NCBI GenBank assembly: GCA_029067355.1
Contig: JAIEEQ010000011.1
Span: 2,208 to 66,207, forward strand
Direction of reading: 5' to 3'
DNA: 64,000 bases
Source of the DNA: Anaeroplasmataceae bacterium
Lineage (GTDB): Bacteria; Bacillota_I; Bacilli_A; Acholeplasmatales; Anaeroplasmataceae
The position numbers and the translations under genes are program-made. Below, one piece after another: positions 29,108 to 37,876 of this stretch. Position 1 is the stretch's first letter, and each line of letters begins with the position of its first letter. Under the pieces are notes generated by a model. The model had not been told where the DNA came from, did not search any database, and saw only the letters and a program-made list of their open reading frames with translations.

Positions 29108-30403
29108 ATGAAATATTTTGGTACTGATGGAATTCGTGGAATTCCAAATCAAAAGCTAAGTGTTGAATTTGTTGCAACTGTGGGAAAGGCTTTGTCTGTA
29201 TTAAATGTGAATAATGTAATAGTAGGAACAGATACTAGAGAGTCTAAGGATATGATAGCCTATGCTTTGATTTCAGGAGCATTGGCTCAAGGACTTTGTG
29301 TAGAATATGTTGAGGTTATTCCAACTCCAGGAATTTTATATTTGTCTAAAATAAAAAATACGATAGGAGTTATGATTACAGCCTCTCATAATCCGTATTT
29401 TTATAATGGCATTAAAATTATAAAAAACGGGAAAAAGCTTACAGAAGTAGAGGAGAAACAAATAGAAGCATTTTTAAATAATCCAACTCTGAGGTTAATG
29501 GAAATTGGAAGTCTTATTGTTTCCTCTAAGCTAGTTAAAGAATATCATAAAATGCTTTTTCCATATGCTATCTCAACTCATTTGAGGATTGCGGTGGATT
29601 GTGCAAATGGCGCAACCTATAAGATTGCCCCTCTATTATTTAACCTAATTACAGGTTCTTTATTTGTTATTAATGATTGTCCAAATGGAAAAAACATTAA
29701 TGAGGGGTGTGGGGCAACCTGCTTGAAGCAGTTATCTAAAATAGTTGTAGAGGAGCATTGTGATTTAGGAATTGCCTTTGATGGAGATGGAGATAGGATT
29801 ATTTGTGTAGATAGCAAAGGGATTCCTGTGGATGGGGATTTACTTCTATATGTGTTTGCTTGTTATTTAAAGGATAAAAATCTTTTGCATAAGAATACAA
29901 TTGCTTTAACCATAATGAGTAATTTAGGAGTTGTTCGAGGATTAAACAAAAGAGGAATTCAAACCATAGAAACACCAGTAGGGGATAAATATATCGCAGA
30001 GGCAATAAAGGAAAATAATTTATCCTTGGGAGGAGAAAATAGTGGGCATATTATCTTTCCAAGGATTACAACTACTGGAGATGGAATACTACTTGCAATG
30101 AAGCTGATTCAGATTTTAGAGGAAACAAATACATTACTGGAGGATTGGTTTTCTGATTTGATTTTATATCCAGACAAACTACAAAATGTTTCTGTCAAAA
30201 ATAAAACAAGGGTAATGGGAGTACCCTTGCAAAATCAAATTGAAGAAATAAAAGAAGAACTTCATCACGATTGCAAAATTATAGTTCGTCCTTCAGGAAC
30301 AGAGGATTGCATTCGAGTGAGTGTAATGGCTAAAACAGAAGAGCTTGTTTCTGAATATGAGGAAAGGCTTGTTTCCTTTATTCGTCAGCTGGACGTCTCA
30401 TAG
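29108..30403 (+). CDS. glmM: Phosphoglucosamine mutase
   Basis: MKYFGTDGIRG N-terminus, TASHNPYFYNGIK phosphoserine loop, FDGDGDR Mg site. AGGAAGGA RBS before the ATG at 29108. Confidence 0.9.
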   Translation: MKYFGTDGIRGIPNQKLSVEFVATVGKALSVLNVNNVIVGTDTRESKDMIAYALISGALAQGLCVEYVEVIPTPGILYLSKIKNTIGVMITASHNPYFYNGIKIIKNGKKLTEVEEKQIEAFLNNPTLRLMEIGSLIVSSKLVKEYHKMLFPYAISTHLRIAVDCANGATYKIAPLLFNLITGSLFVINDCPNGKNINEGCGATCLKQLSKIVVEEHCDLGIAFDGDGDRIICVDSKGIPVDGDLLLYVFACYLKDKNLLHKNTIALTIMSNLGVVRGLNKRGIQTIETPVGDKYIAEAIKENNLSLGGENSGHIIFPRITTTGDGILLAMKLIQILEETNTLLEDWFSDLILYPDKLQNVSVKNKTRVMGVPLQNQIEEIKEELHHDCKIIVRPSGTEDCIRVSVMAKTEELVSEYEERLVSFIRQLDVS

Positions 30404-31373
30404 CAATAGAATCACGGAGCTTGATTTCTCCATTTATGACAAGTCTTTGACTTGAACGATTCATTAAAATACTAGTTAATAGCGTAAATGCCTTTTCTCC
30501 CATTTCGTTTGGATCCTGATGTATTGTGGTTAAGGAAGGCTTGAGGTATTTAGATATTTCTAAATCATCATATCCAGTAACTGAAATGTCTTCAGGAACA
30601 CGAATGCCTTCTTTCTCTAAACCTTGGATTAATCCAATTGCCATTAAATCACTAGCGCAAACAATCGCTGTTACATCGGTTTGACTGAAATACTTGGCGG
30701 CCTCTATTCCACAAGCCTCACTAAAATCCCCATAATAGATGTATTTAGGATTGTAATCTATGTTATTTATGACCTGACCAATAATATATCCTGCAAAACG
30801 CTCATTACTAACAAATGAGTTTTTATCTCCGTGGATAAATCCAATTTTTGTATGATTGTGCTTGATTAAAATTTCTACAAGCTGGGCCACTGTATTTATA
30901 TTTTCGTTATGGATTGTCGCAACCATATCTCCTGTTAAAATGTTGTCATAAAGAACGGTTGGATAAATAGCAGAGCTTAATTCCTTTAATAAATTGCTTT
31001 TATAATTTAGGCCTGCAATAAATGAGCCGTCAAAATTGTTTTGCTTCATAAATTCATTATAGGGTAAATTGATTGACTCAATAGGAGTTTGCACCACTTC
31101 AAAGTTATTTTTTCTTGCATAACTGGAAAAGGCTAGACCAAGGGGCATAATAATGTTGGCTTGATTTGCAATATTTCCATTATCATAAATAAAGCATAAT
31201 CTTCTTAATGTTTTTACAGAGAGTCGTTCGTCTCTTGATTTATAGCCATGAGCCTTAGCATAGGTGATTACCATCTGCTTTGTTTCTTTAGAAACATCAA
31301 AAGCACCATTTAGTGCTTTGGATACAGTGGATATAGATAAATGAAGTTCTTTTGCGATATCTTTTACTTTCAT
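30378..31373 (-). CDS. LacI-family transcriptional repressor (probable maltodextrin regulator)
   Basis: N-terminal HTH MKVKDIAKELHLSISTVSKALNG plus a periplasmic-binding-fold domain. ATG at 31373 follows an AAGAGGTG RBS. Divergent from malQ. Confidence 0.85.
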   Translation of the reverse strand: MKVKDIAKELHLSISTVSKALNGAFDVSKETKQMVITYAKAHGYKSRDERLSVKTLRRLCFIYDNGNIANQANIIMPLGLAFSSYARKNNFEVVQTPIESINLPYNEFMKQNNFDGSFIAGLNYKSNLLKELSSAIYPTVLYDNILTGDMVATIHNENINTVAQLVEILIKHNHTKIGFIHGDKNSFVSNERFAGYIIGQVINNIDYNPKYIYYGDFSEACGIEAAKYFSQTDVTAIVCASDLMAIGLIQGLEKEGIRVPEDISVTGYDDLEISKYLKPSLTTIHQDPNEMGEKAFTLLTSILMNRSSQRLVINGEIKLRDSIAMRRPADE

Positions 31374-31437
31374 AGACAACACCTCTTTACTTAATTATAA
31401 GGTGTTTAGCTTGATATATCAAGTTTTTTCGTTAAAA

Positions 31438-31456
31438 TATCGAAATATTTTCGATA
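31438..31456. promoter_or_regulatory. Perfect inverted repeat TATCGAAA-TAT-TTTCGATA (candidate operator)
   Basis: 8-bp arms seen directly in the lacI-malQ divergent intergenic region. A further TTTTCGAT copy lies at about 31477. Confidence 0.4.
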
Positions 31457-31491
31457 AAAGTATTCGTTTTTTGAAAATTTTCGATTTTGCT

Positions 31492-31530
31492 ATAAAAACG
31501 CTTGCAAACCTTAGTAAAACGCTTTAAAAT
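31492..31530 (+). promoter_or_regulatory. malQ promoter overlapped by two AAAACGCTT boxes (cre/LacI-type operator candidates)
   Basis: TTGCAA (31502-31507), 17 nt, TAAAAT (31525-31530). ATAAAAACGCTTGCA has one mismatch to the cre consensus WTGNAANCGNWNNCW. The AAAACGCTT boxes at 31495 and 31516 are 21 bp apart. Confidence 0.45.
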
Positions 31531-31574
31531 ACAAATATATTGTACGATAAAAAGAATAAGAAGGAGGAGTAACC

Positions 31575-33074
31575 ATGAATTTCAAGCGAAATGCAGGTGT
31601 GCTTTTACACATTACGTCCCTTCCCTCTGCCTATGGTGTGGGAACCTTAGGGGATGTGGCATTTGGATTTGTGGATTGGATGGAAAAGGCTGGTTTAAAA
31701 ATCTGGCAGGTATTGCCCTTAGTTCCGACCAATTTTGGAGATTCGCCATATCAATCTGTTTCTTCAACAGCTTTAAATTATTATTTCATAGATTTTGATA
31801 TTTTACATAAGAAGGGCTTGTTGAAAAAGAAAGATTATGAAACCCGAAAATTCAGTGAGTATGTGAATAGAGTGAATTACAGCCTGTTATTTACTGAAAA
31901 AACAAAGGTTCTACGATTAGCCTTTGAAAAATTTAATAAAAAGGATCCTTCCTTTGTTCTTTTTGAGCAAAAGGGAGATTATCGGGATTTTGCATTATTT
32001 ATGACGCTAAAGGCTATGCATGAATATCGTCCTTGGAATCTTTGGGAGAAGGAATATCAAAATTATTCTGAAGAACTAGAGAAGCATATTCTTGCAGAAT
32101 ATAAAAATGATTATTTATTTTGGGTTTGGACTCAATATGAGTTTTTAGAGGAATGGAACGCATTACATACTTACGCAAAGGTTAAAGGCATTGAGATTAT
32201 GGGGGATATGCCTCTATATGTTGCTTATGATAGTGTAGAAGTATGGAAGCATCCTGAGATGTTTATTTTGACAGAGAATAAGGAGCCTAAGCTTGTTGCT
32301 GGATGTCCGCCTGACTTCTTTACAGAGGATGGTCAACTTTGGGGAAATCCAGTATATGATTGGGATTATTTAAAATCTACAAATTATGCTTGGTGGAATA
32401 TGCGTATTCAAAGGGCATTTGAATTATTTGACATTCTTAGAATTGATCATTTTAGAGGATTTGCTCAGTTCTATGCAATTCCTGCTGGGCTTCCAAATGC
32501 TAGGATTGGACAATGGATGGATGGACCTAAATTTGACTTGTTTAAGGATAAAACAGACTTTAGAATTGTTGCTGAGGATTTAGGATTTATAGATGAAGAG
32601 GTTAGAACTCTTTTAAAACAAACAACTTATCCTGGAATGAAGATTATAGAGTTTGCCTTTGATGGTTCAAAGGACAATGAGCATAAGCCATCAAATTATA
32701 CAGAAAATTATATTGTTTATACAGGAACGCATGATAATATGCCTCTTTATCAATACATTTTAGATTTGAATTCACAAGGCTTGGAAGTTTTCTTAGAGGA
32801 TTTGAAGAAAGAATGTAAAGCGTTAGGTGTAGAGGTAAAGGATAGTAGCTATGAAGCAATCACAGAAAGCGTAGTAGAGCTTGCGTTCGCATCTAAGGCA
32901 AATACCTGTATTATTCCTTTTCAGGATTTTTTAGCTCAGGATGGTTCTTCAAGAATGAATCTGCCTTCTACGGTATCTACGAAAAACTGGAGCTATCGTA
33001 TTTCTAAAAATCAGATTTCAGATCGTTTAGCTACCCGTATTAAGGATTATGTACTTTTGTACAATAGAAATTAA
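31575..33074 (+). CDS. malQ: 4-alpha-glucanotransferase (amylomaltase, GH77)
   Basis: GVLLHITSLPS, SPYQS, RIDHFRGF and GTHDN motifs. Confidence 0.9.
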   Translation: MNFKRNAGVLLHITSLPSAYGVGTLGDVAFGFVDWMEKAGLKIWQVLPLVPTNFGDSPYQSVSSTALNYYFIDFDILHKKGLLKKKDYETRKFSEYVNRVNYSLLFTEKTKVLRLAFEKFNKKDPSFVLFEQKGDYRDFALFMTLKAMHEYRPWNLWEKEYQNYSEELEKHILAEYKNDYLFWVWTQYEFLEEWNALHTYAKVKGIEIMGDMPLYVAYDSVEVWKHPEMFILTENKEPKLVAGCPPDFFTEDGQLWGNPVYDWDYLKSTNYAWWNMRIQRAFELFDILRIDHFRGFAQFYAIPAGLPNARIGQWMDGPKFDLFKDKTDFRIVAEDLGFIDEEVRTLLKQTTYPGMKIIEFAFDGSKDNEHKPSNYTENYIVYTGTHDNMPLYQYILDLNSQGLEVFLEDLKKECKALGVEVKDSSYEAITESVVELAFASKANTCIIPFQDFLAQDGSSRMNLPSTVSTKNWSYRISKNQISDRLATRIKDYVLLYNRN

Positions 33075-33112
33075 TTTGTTTTTTGATGTTTTAGCTTTCT
33101 CCTTCTTTGGGG

Positions 33113-33160
33113 CCATTGTTAAGTAATGAAGGCTTAACAATGGTACCCAGTCTTTTTGAG
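33113..33160 (+). terminator. Hairpin/terminator after malQ
   Basis: Perfect 11-bp stem CCATTGTTAAG / CTTAACAATGG with a 9-nt loop. The T5 run lies 8 nt downstream. Confidence 0.45.
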
Positions 33161-33191
33161 AAGTAAAAGAAAGCCAATAAAACGTTTATGG

Positions 33192-33220
33192 TTGAAAGCG
33201 CTAACAAAAAGTGCTATAAT
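33192..33220 (+). promoter_or_regulatory. Near-consensus extended -10 promoter
   Basis: TTGAAA, 17 nt, TGcTATAAT. Confidence 0.55.
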
Positions 33221-33325
33221 ATTTGTAGAATAAAGGATAAAATAACTAAATATCTCTTTTATGCCTCCTCTCAGGGGTTTCGTTTATTAGCCAAGGGCTA
33301 ATTATTTTTAAAGCGAAATTATACT

Positions 33326-33335
33326 GGGGGGGGGG
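33326..33335. repeat. G10 homopolymer tract in the 5' leader
   Basis: Ten consecutive G in an AT-rich intergenic region, counted directly. Confidence 0.9.
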
Positions 33336-33384
33336 TATATTTATGTTCAGAGGTAAAAGATAATTTTTAGGAGCTGTGTATAGA

Positions 33385-34053
33385 ATGAAGGCCATATTGT
33401 TTGATTTATATGGAACCTTGATAGATATTCGTACAAACGAAGAAGATGAAAGACTTTGGAAAAAAATATCTAAAAAGGTTAAAACAATTCAACATTTTTC
33501 TCCTGAGAAATTAAGGGAGCAATATAAAACGTTATGCAAGGAAAAGGAACAGATTATAGAGGAAATAGAAATTTTAGAAGTGTTTGAAGCTTTGTTTTCT
33601 GTTTCAAAGGATGATGCTTTAAAAATAGCTTGGAAGTTTAGAAGGGCATCTACAATACACATTCATCTTTACAAGGGAGTAAAGAAATTACTTAAAAAAT
33701 TAAGGGATGAAGGATATTCTCTTTATGTTTTATCAAATGCACAGGAAGCATTCACCTTGCCAGAATTAGAAAGATTAGGAATCAAAAACTATTTTAATGG
33801 CATTGCGATTTCTTCAGCTTATGGTGTGAAAAAGCCAAATGTAAAATTTTTCAGTGAGGCCATAAAAAATTTTAGCCTTAGTGGCGAGATTTGGATGATA
33901 GGTAATGATGCAATTTGCGACATACATCCTGCAAAGCAGCTTGGATTGAGAGCCATTTTTGTAGAATCCAATCTTACTCCTGAGAATCAGGAAGAGGATA
34001 AGGTGGTCGGCTTCAATTATCAAAAGATTTATAAAATCATATCAGGATATTAA
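33385..34053 (+). CDS. HAD-superfamily hydrolase
   Basis: FDLYGTLID motif I, LSNA motif II, GNDAICD motif IV. Confidence 0.7.
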   Translation: MKAILFDLYGTLIDIRTNEEDERLWKKISKKVKTIQHFSPEKLREQYKTLCKEKEQIIEEIEILEVFEALFSVSKDDALKIAWKFRRASTIHIHLYKGVKKLLKKLRDEGYSLYVLSNAQEAFTLPELERLGIKNYFNGIAISSAYGVKKPNVKFFSEAIKNFSLSGEIWMIGNDAICDIHPAKQLGLRAIFVESNLTPENQEEDKVVGFNYQKIYKIISGY

Positions 34054-34131
34054 TTTGGGCAACCAATTAATAAATAATATTATTTCACTTAAGCGTGAAA
34101 TGGCAAATATAAATTTAAGGAGGAACAAAAA

Positions 34132-35364
34132 ATGAAGAAAAAATTATTTGCCCTAGGAGCAGCTACTGTTCTAGCTTTAGGATTGGCTAGCTGTGGAGAA
34201 ACTGAAAATTCTAATGTGATTAAATTAGAGTACTCAGGAACTGCTTCAAATAAAGCTTTTAATGAAAGTCTATTTGAAGATTTTAAGGCAGCAAGAAGAG
34301 CTGCGGGTGATACTCACGAGTATCAAATCACTTATGTAGAACATGGACCAGATTTAGTGGATAGCGAGGTTCAGGACTGGGTAGTTGGACCAGATGTTTA
34401 TGAATTTGCATCTGATAAAATTACAGCACTTTATGAGAAAGGAGCTCTTGCAAAGATCTCTGGTCCAAATGCGATTTTCCTTGAAGAAAACAATAGTGAA
34501 TTAGGTGTTGATTTAGCTACATTTAATGGAGAATTTTATGCTTATCCTTATACAGGAGATAACACCTACTACCTACAATATGATAAATCATTAATCAGTG
34601 CGGAAGATGTTACTTCCATTGAAAGAATATTTGAGGTTTGTGCTGAAAAAGGATTAAAGCTTGGATATAACCTAGAAGAAGCATTCTGGGGTGCAGCGTC
34701 CTTATTTACCTTTGGAGCAGATTATAAAATGACATTTGATGAGGATGGAGCTGTACATAGTGTTGAGGCTGATTTTGATTCTGAAAAGGGATTAAAGGCT
34801 GCAAAGGCATTATATTCAATTATGAATAATCCTGCATGGCAAAATGCAATGGAAGCACCAACTCCAACAAATGGATTAATTGGCTGTATTGCTGGTACAT
34901 GGGATATTGCTACATATAAAGAGGCATTAGGGGATAACTATGCTTGTGCTCCTATGCCAACTATTACAATTGATGGCGAAACTAAAAATTTAGGTGCTTT
35001 CCTAGGTGGTAAATTATTTGGTGTTAATCCACAAAGAAATCAAGGCAACCCAGATCGTTTGGCTGCTGCTCATCAATTGGCTATCTTCCTATCTGGTAAA
35101 GAGTGTCAATTAAAGAGATTTGATGATCAAGGTGTCGCTCCTTGTAATTTAGAGGCTGCTAAAGAAGAAAGAGTATTAGCAAGTCCAAATGTAAAGGTAT
35201 TAGTTGAGCAAGCTAAATTTGCTCATGCTCAAACTGCTGTTCCTGCATCCTTCTGGACAGCTCCAAATACTTTGACTGCTGGAATTAAAGCTGGAACAAC
35301 AACATTAGAAAACCTTCAAGAAGCAATGACTATTTTAAATAATAGCATCAAAAGCAGTAAATAA
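34132..35364 (+). CDS. Maltodextrin/oligosaccharide ABC transporter substrate-binding lipoprotein
   Basis: LASC lipobox, family-1 solute-binding-protein features, and context with MalF/G-like permeases. Confidence 0.8.
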   Translation: MKKKLFALGAATVLALGLASCGETENSNVIKLEYSGTASNKAFNESLFEDFKAARRAAGDTHEYQITYVEHGPDLVDSEVQDWVVGPDVYEFASDKITALYEKGALAKISGPNAIFLEENNSELGVDLATFNGEFYAYPYTGDNTYYLQYDKSLISAEDVTSIERIFEVCAEKGLKLGYNLEEAFWGAASLFTFGADYKMTFDEDGAVHSVEADFDSEKGLKAAKALYSIMNNPAWQNAMEAPTPTNGLIGCIAGTWDIATYKEALGDNYACAPMPTITIDGETKNLGAFLGGKLFGVNPQRNQGNPDRLAAAHQLAIFLSGKECQLKRFDDQGVAPCNLEAAKEERVLASPNVKVLVEQAKFAHAQTAVPASFWTAPNTLTAGIKAGTTTLENLQEAMTILNNSIKSSK

Positions 35365-35378
35365 AGATTTTTAACTAC

Positions 35379-35411
35379 GGTACAGATTGCCTTTTTAAGG
35401 CGGTCTGTACC
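35379..35411 (+). terminator. Strong stem-loop after the binding-protein gene (partial terminator / mRNA stabiliser)
   Basis: GGTACAGA..GCCTT-TTT-AAGGC..TCTGTACC nested hairpin followed by a T-rich stretch. Confidence 0.5.
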
Positions 35412-35440
35412 AACATCTTTTTGTAAAGGGGTGGATTTTT

Positions 35441-36982
35441 ATGACAACAATTGAATATCTTGCACTCCCAACTTATAAGAGATTTCTTTATAAAATAGGA
35501 GCATTTTTTGTCGCTATTCCCAAGGTGATTTGGAATTTTATTTCTGTGACGATTCTTCAGTTTTTTTCAAAAATCGGAAAAGGAATAGCAAACTATTTTG
35601 TAAATCTTTATGAAATTTTTATAAGCGGGGACTGGAAGACAAGGCTTTCCTATTTAATTATGGGATTTGGTCATATTTGGCGAAAATCCTATATTAAAGG
35701 ATTTATGTATTTATTGTATGAAATCATATTTATTTATTTCATGATTTCGACTGGAATTCCAGCAATGATGAGGATAGGAACATTTGGATATGTAGCCCAA
35801 ACCTCTTATACTCATCCTATTGCAGGAATTGAAGTTTCAGAATTTAGAGATGACAGCTTAATGATTTTATTGAGCTTTGTTATTTCTTTAATCTTTATTG
35901 CGATATTGATTTTCCTATGGACCATTCAGGTAAAAGAAAATAGTCAGCTGGAGAATATGAATAAGATAGGGAAGCGTGTTGGAGATAGAGATACGATTAA
36001 TAGCTTGGTAGGTAGAAACTTTCATAAGGTTTTACTTGCCTTTCCTACCTTTGGAGTGGTTATGTTTACAATCATTCCACTTATCTTAATGATTATTGTA
36101 GGATTTACAAATTATTCCTCTACCTACCAGAATCCAAAGGAATTGTTTGACTGGGTTGGAGTTTATAACTTTTCTAAGCTGTTTGGTTTAACAGGTAGTG
36201 GAGGTTCACAATTTGCTTATGTATTTGGGCAAATTCTATTATGGACGCTAGTCTGGGCAATTTTTGCAACCTTCACCAATTACTTTTTAGGAATGATTGT
36301 TGCGATGATGATTAATAAAAAAGGAATTCGGTTTAAGAAGCTTTGGAGAACCATTTTAATTACAACGATTGCTGTACCACAATTTATCTCTTTATTATTT
36401 TTATCCAAATTCTTAAGTACAGATTTAGGTGCATTAAATGCAATATTAAGAAAAATGGGTCTGATTACTGAAAATATAAAATTTTTAGAGGATGGAATGA
36501 TTGCTAAGGTCACTATCATTGTTGTCAATATGTGGATTGGTATTCCTTACACGATGTTGATGTGCTCTGGTATTTTAATGAACATTCCACAGGATTTATA
36601 TGAATCTGCAAAGATTGATGGTGCAAGCCCTGCAAGGATGTATTTAAAGATCACTTTGCCTTATATGCTATTTGTAACAGGTCCTTATTTGATTTCAAAC
36701 TTTGTGGGAAACATCAATAATTTCAATGTTATTTTCTTACTTTCTGGAGGTGGACCAACCTTTAGTAGTATTAATGGAGCCTCCTTAAGTGTGGACGTAT
36801 ATGGTGCAGGACAAACGGATTTGCTGATTACATGGTTATATAAAATTGCGATGACACAGGCTACTAAGGATTATGGTGTTGCGTCTGTAATTGGTATTAT
36901 CGTATTTATTGTGGTTGCCTCCCTGTCTATGATTTTCTATTCTAGAACGAATGCTGTAAAGAATGAAGGTGATTTCCAATGA
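35441..36982 (+). CDS. Sugar ABC transporter permease (MalF-like, extended N-terminus)
   Basis: EAA-loop region (ESAKIDGASPARMYLKITLP) and 8 or more TM helices. Confidence 0.85.
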   Translation: MTTIEYLALPTYKRFLYKIGAFFVAIPKVIWNFISVTILQFFSKIGKGIANYFVNLYEIFISGDWKTRLSYLIMGFGHIWRKSYIKGFMYLLYEIIFIYFMISTGIPAMMRIGTFGYVAQTSYTHPIAGIEVSEFRDDSLMILLSFVISLIFIAILIFLWTIQVKENSQLENMNKIGKRVGDRDTINSLVGRNFHKVLLAFPTFGVVMFTIIPLILMIIVGFTNYSSTYQNPKELFDWVGVYNFSKLFGLTGSGGSQFAYVFGQILLWTLVWAIFATFTNYFLGMIVAMMINKKGIRFKKLWRTILITTIAVPQFISLLFLSKFLSTDLGALNAILRKMGLITENIKFLEDGMIAKVTIIVVNMWIGIPYTMLMCSGILMNIPQDLYESAKIDGASPARMYLKITLPYMLFVTGPYLISNFVGNINNFNVIFLLSGGGPTFSSINGASLSVDVYGAGQTDLLITWLYKIAMTQATKDYGVASVIGIIVFIVVASLSMIFYSRTNAVKNEGDFQ

Positions 36983-37875
36983 TAAAAGCGAAAAAGATGA
37001 GTGTATTTGCTAACCCCAAAATGTCTGGTGGTAAACGGGCAAAGGAACGGATTAGTAAAACAGTAATTTATATTATTTTGGGAATTATTTCTATTATATG
37101 GATATTACCCTTTGTCTATCTGTTACTACAATCCTTTGCCGTGAAATATGAAACCAATATTATTGTACCAAATCAGTGGACCTTTAATAATTATGTGGCT
37201 TTAGTTAAGGATGAGGTGTATCCATTTTGGAGATGGTATTTAAATACATTAATTATAGCATTAGTGGTTTCTGTTTTAAATACAGTTTTAACTCTGGTTA
37301 GTGCTTATGCATTTTCAAGATTACGTTTCAAAACAAGAAAAGGGTATATGAAGATTATTTTGGTGATTGGAATGTTTCCTGGTTTCTTAGGTATGATTGT
37401 TACCTATTATATGCTGAAGCAAATTGGATTAACAAACGGAGTTCCTGGGTTGTTTGGATTGGTTCTTGTATATATTTCTGGATGTGTGATGAACTATTAT
37501 GTTGCTAAAGGCTTTTTTGACACAATTTCTAAGTCCTTAGATGAAGCAGCAATGATTGATGGGGCAAATAAAAATACCATATTCTGGCGAGTTATTATGC
37601 CTCTATCTAAGCCAATTGTAGTTTATACCGTTTTATTGGCATTTACAGCTCCTTGGGGAGATTATATGCTTGCTAGTGTTATGGCGGGTGGGCATACAGA
37701 ATTATATAACGTAGCTGTTGGTCTGCAACAAATGATGAGTAAGGCTGATGGTACAAAATACTTCCCAGTATTCTGTGCTGCTGGAGTAGTTGTATCAATC
37801 CCAATTATGATTTTATTCTTTTTACTTCAGGGATATTATGTAGAAGGAGTAACAGGAGGAGCAGTAAAAGGATAA
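36979..37875 (+). CDS. Sugar ABC transporter permease (MalG-like)
   Basis: EAA loop (DEAAMIDGANKNTIFWRVIMP). ATGA overlap with the upstream gene. Confidence 0.85.
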   Translation: MIKAKKMSVFANPKMSGGKRAKERISKTVIYIILGIISIIWILPFVYLLLQSFAVKYETNIIVPNQWTFNNYVALVKDEVYPFWRWYLNTLIIALVVSVLNTVLTLVSAYAFSRLRFKTRKGYMKIILVIGMFPGFLGMIVTYYMLKQIGLTNGVPGLFGLVLVYISGCVMNYYVAKGFFDTISKSLDEAAMIDGANKNTIFWRVIMPLSKPIVVYTVLLAFTAPWGDYMLASVMAGGHTELYNVAVGLQQMMSKADGTKYFPVFCAAGVVVSIPIMILFFLLQGYYVEGVTGGAVKG

Positions 37876-37876
37876 T

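Noticed and set aside
30378-30403. 26-bp convergent overlap of the glmM and LacI-regulator 3' ends, considered as possible antisense regulation
   Set aside because: Short convergent overlaps are common in compact genomes, and no additional structure or motif supports a regulatory role.
31502-31798. 98-aa ORF overlapping the malQ start in another frame, with similar off-frame or antisense ORFs elsewhere (for example 2187-2381, 6707-6901, 10614-11049, 12261-12543, 20115-20400, 32386-32583, 39033-39221, 62760-63515)
   Set aside because: All are embedded in longer ORFs that carry strong family motifs. They lack RBSs and have skewed composition, which is typical of spurious frames.
33341-33361. 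6-codon mini-ORF (MFRGKR) after the G10 tract, considered as a leader peptide
   Set aside because: It is too short and unsupported to call as a feature. It is mentioned only within the leader finding.
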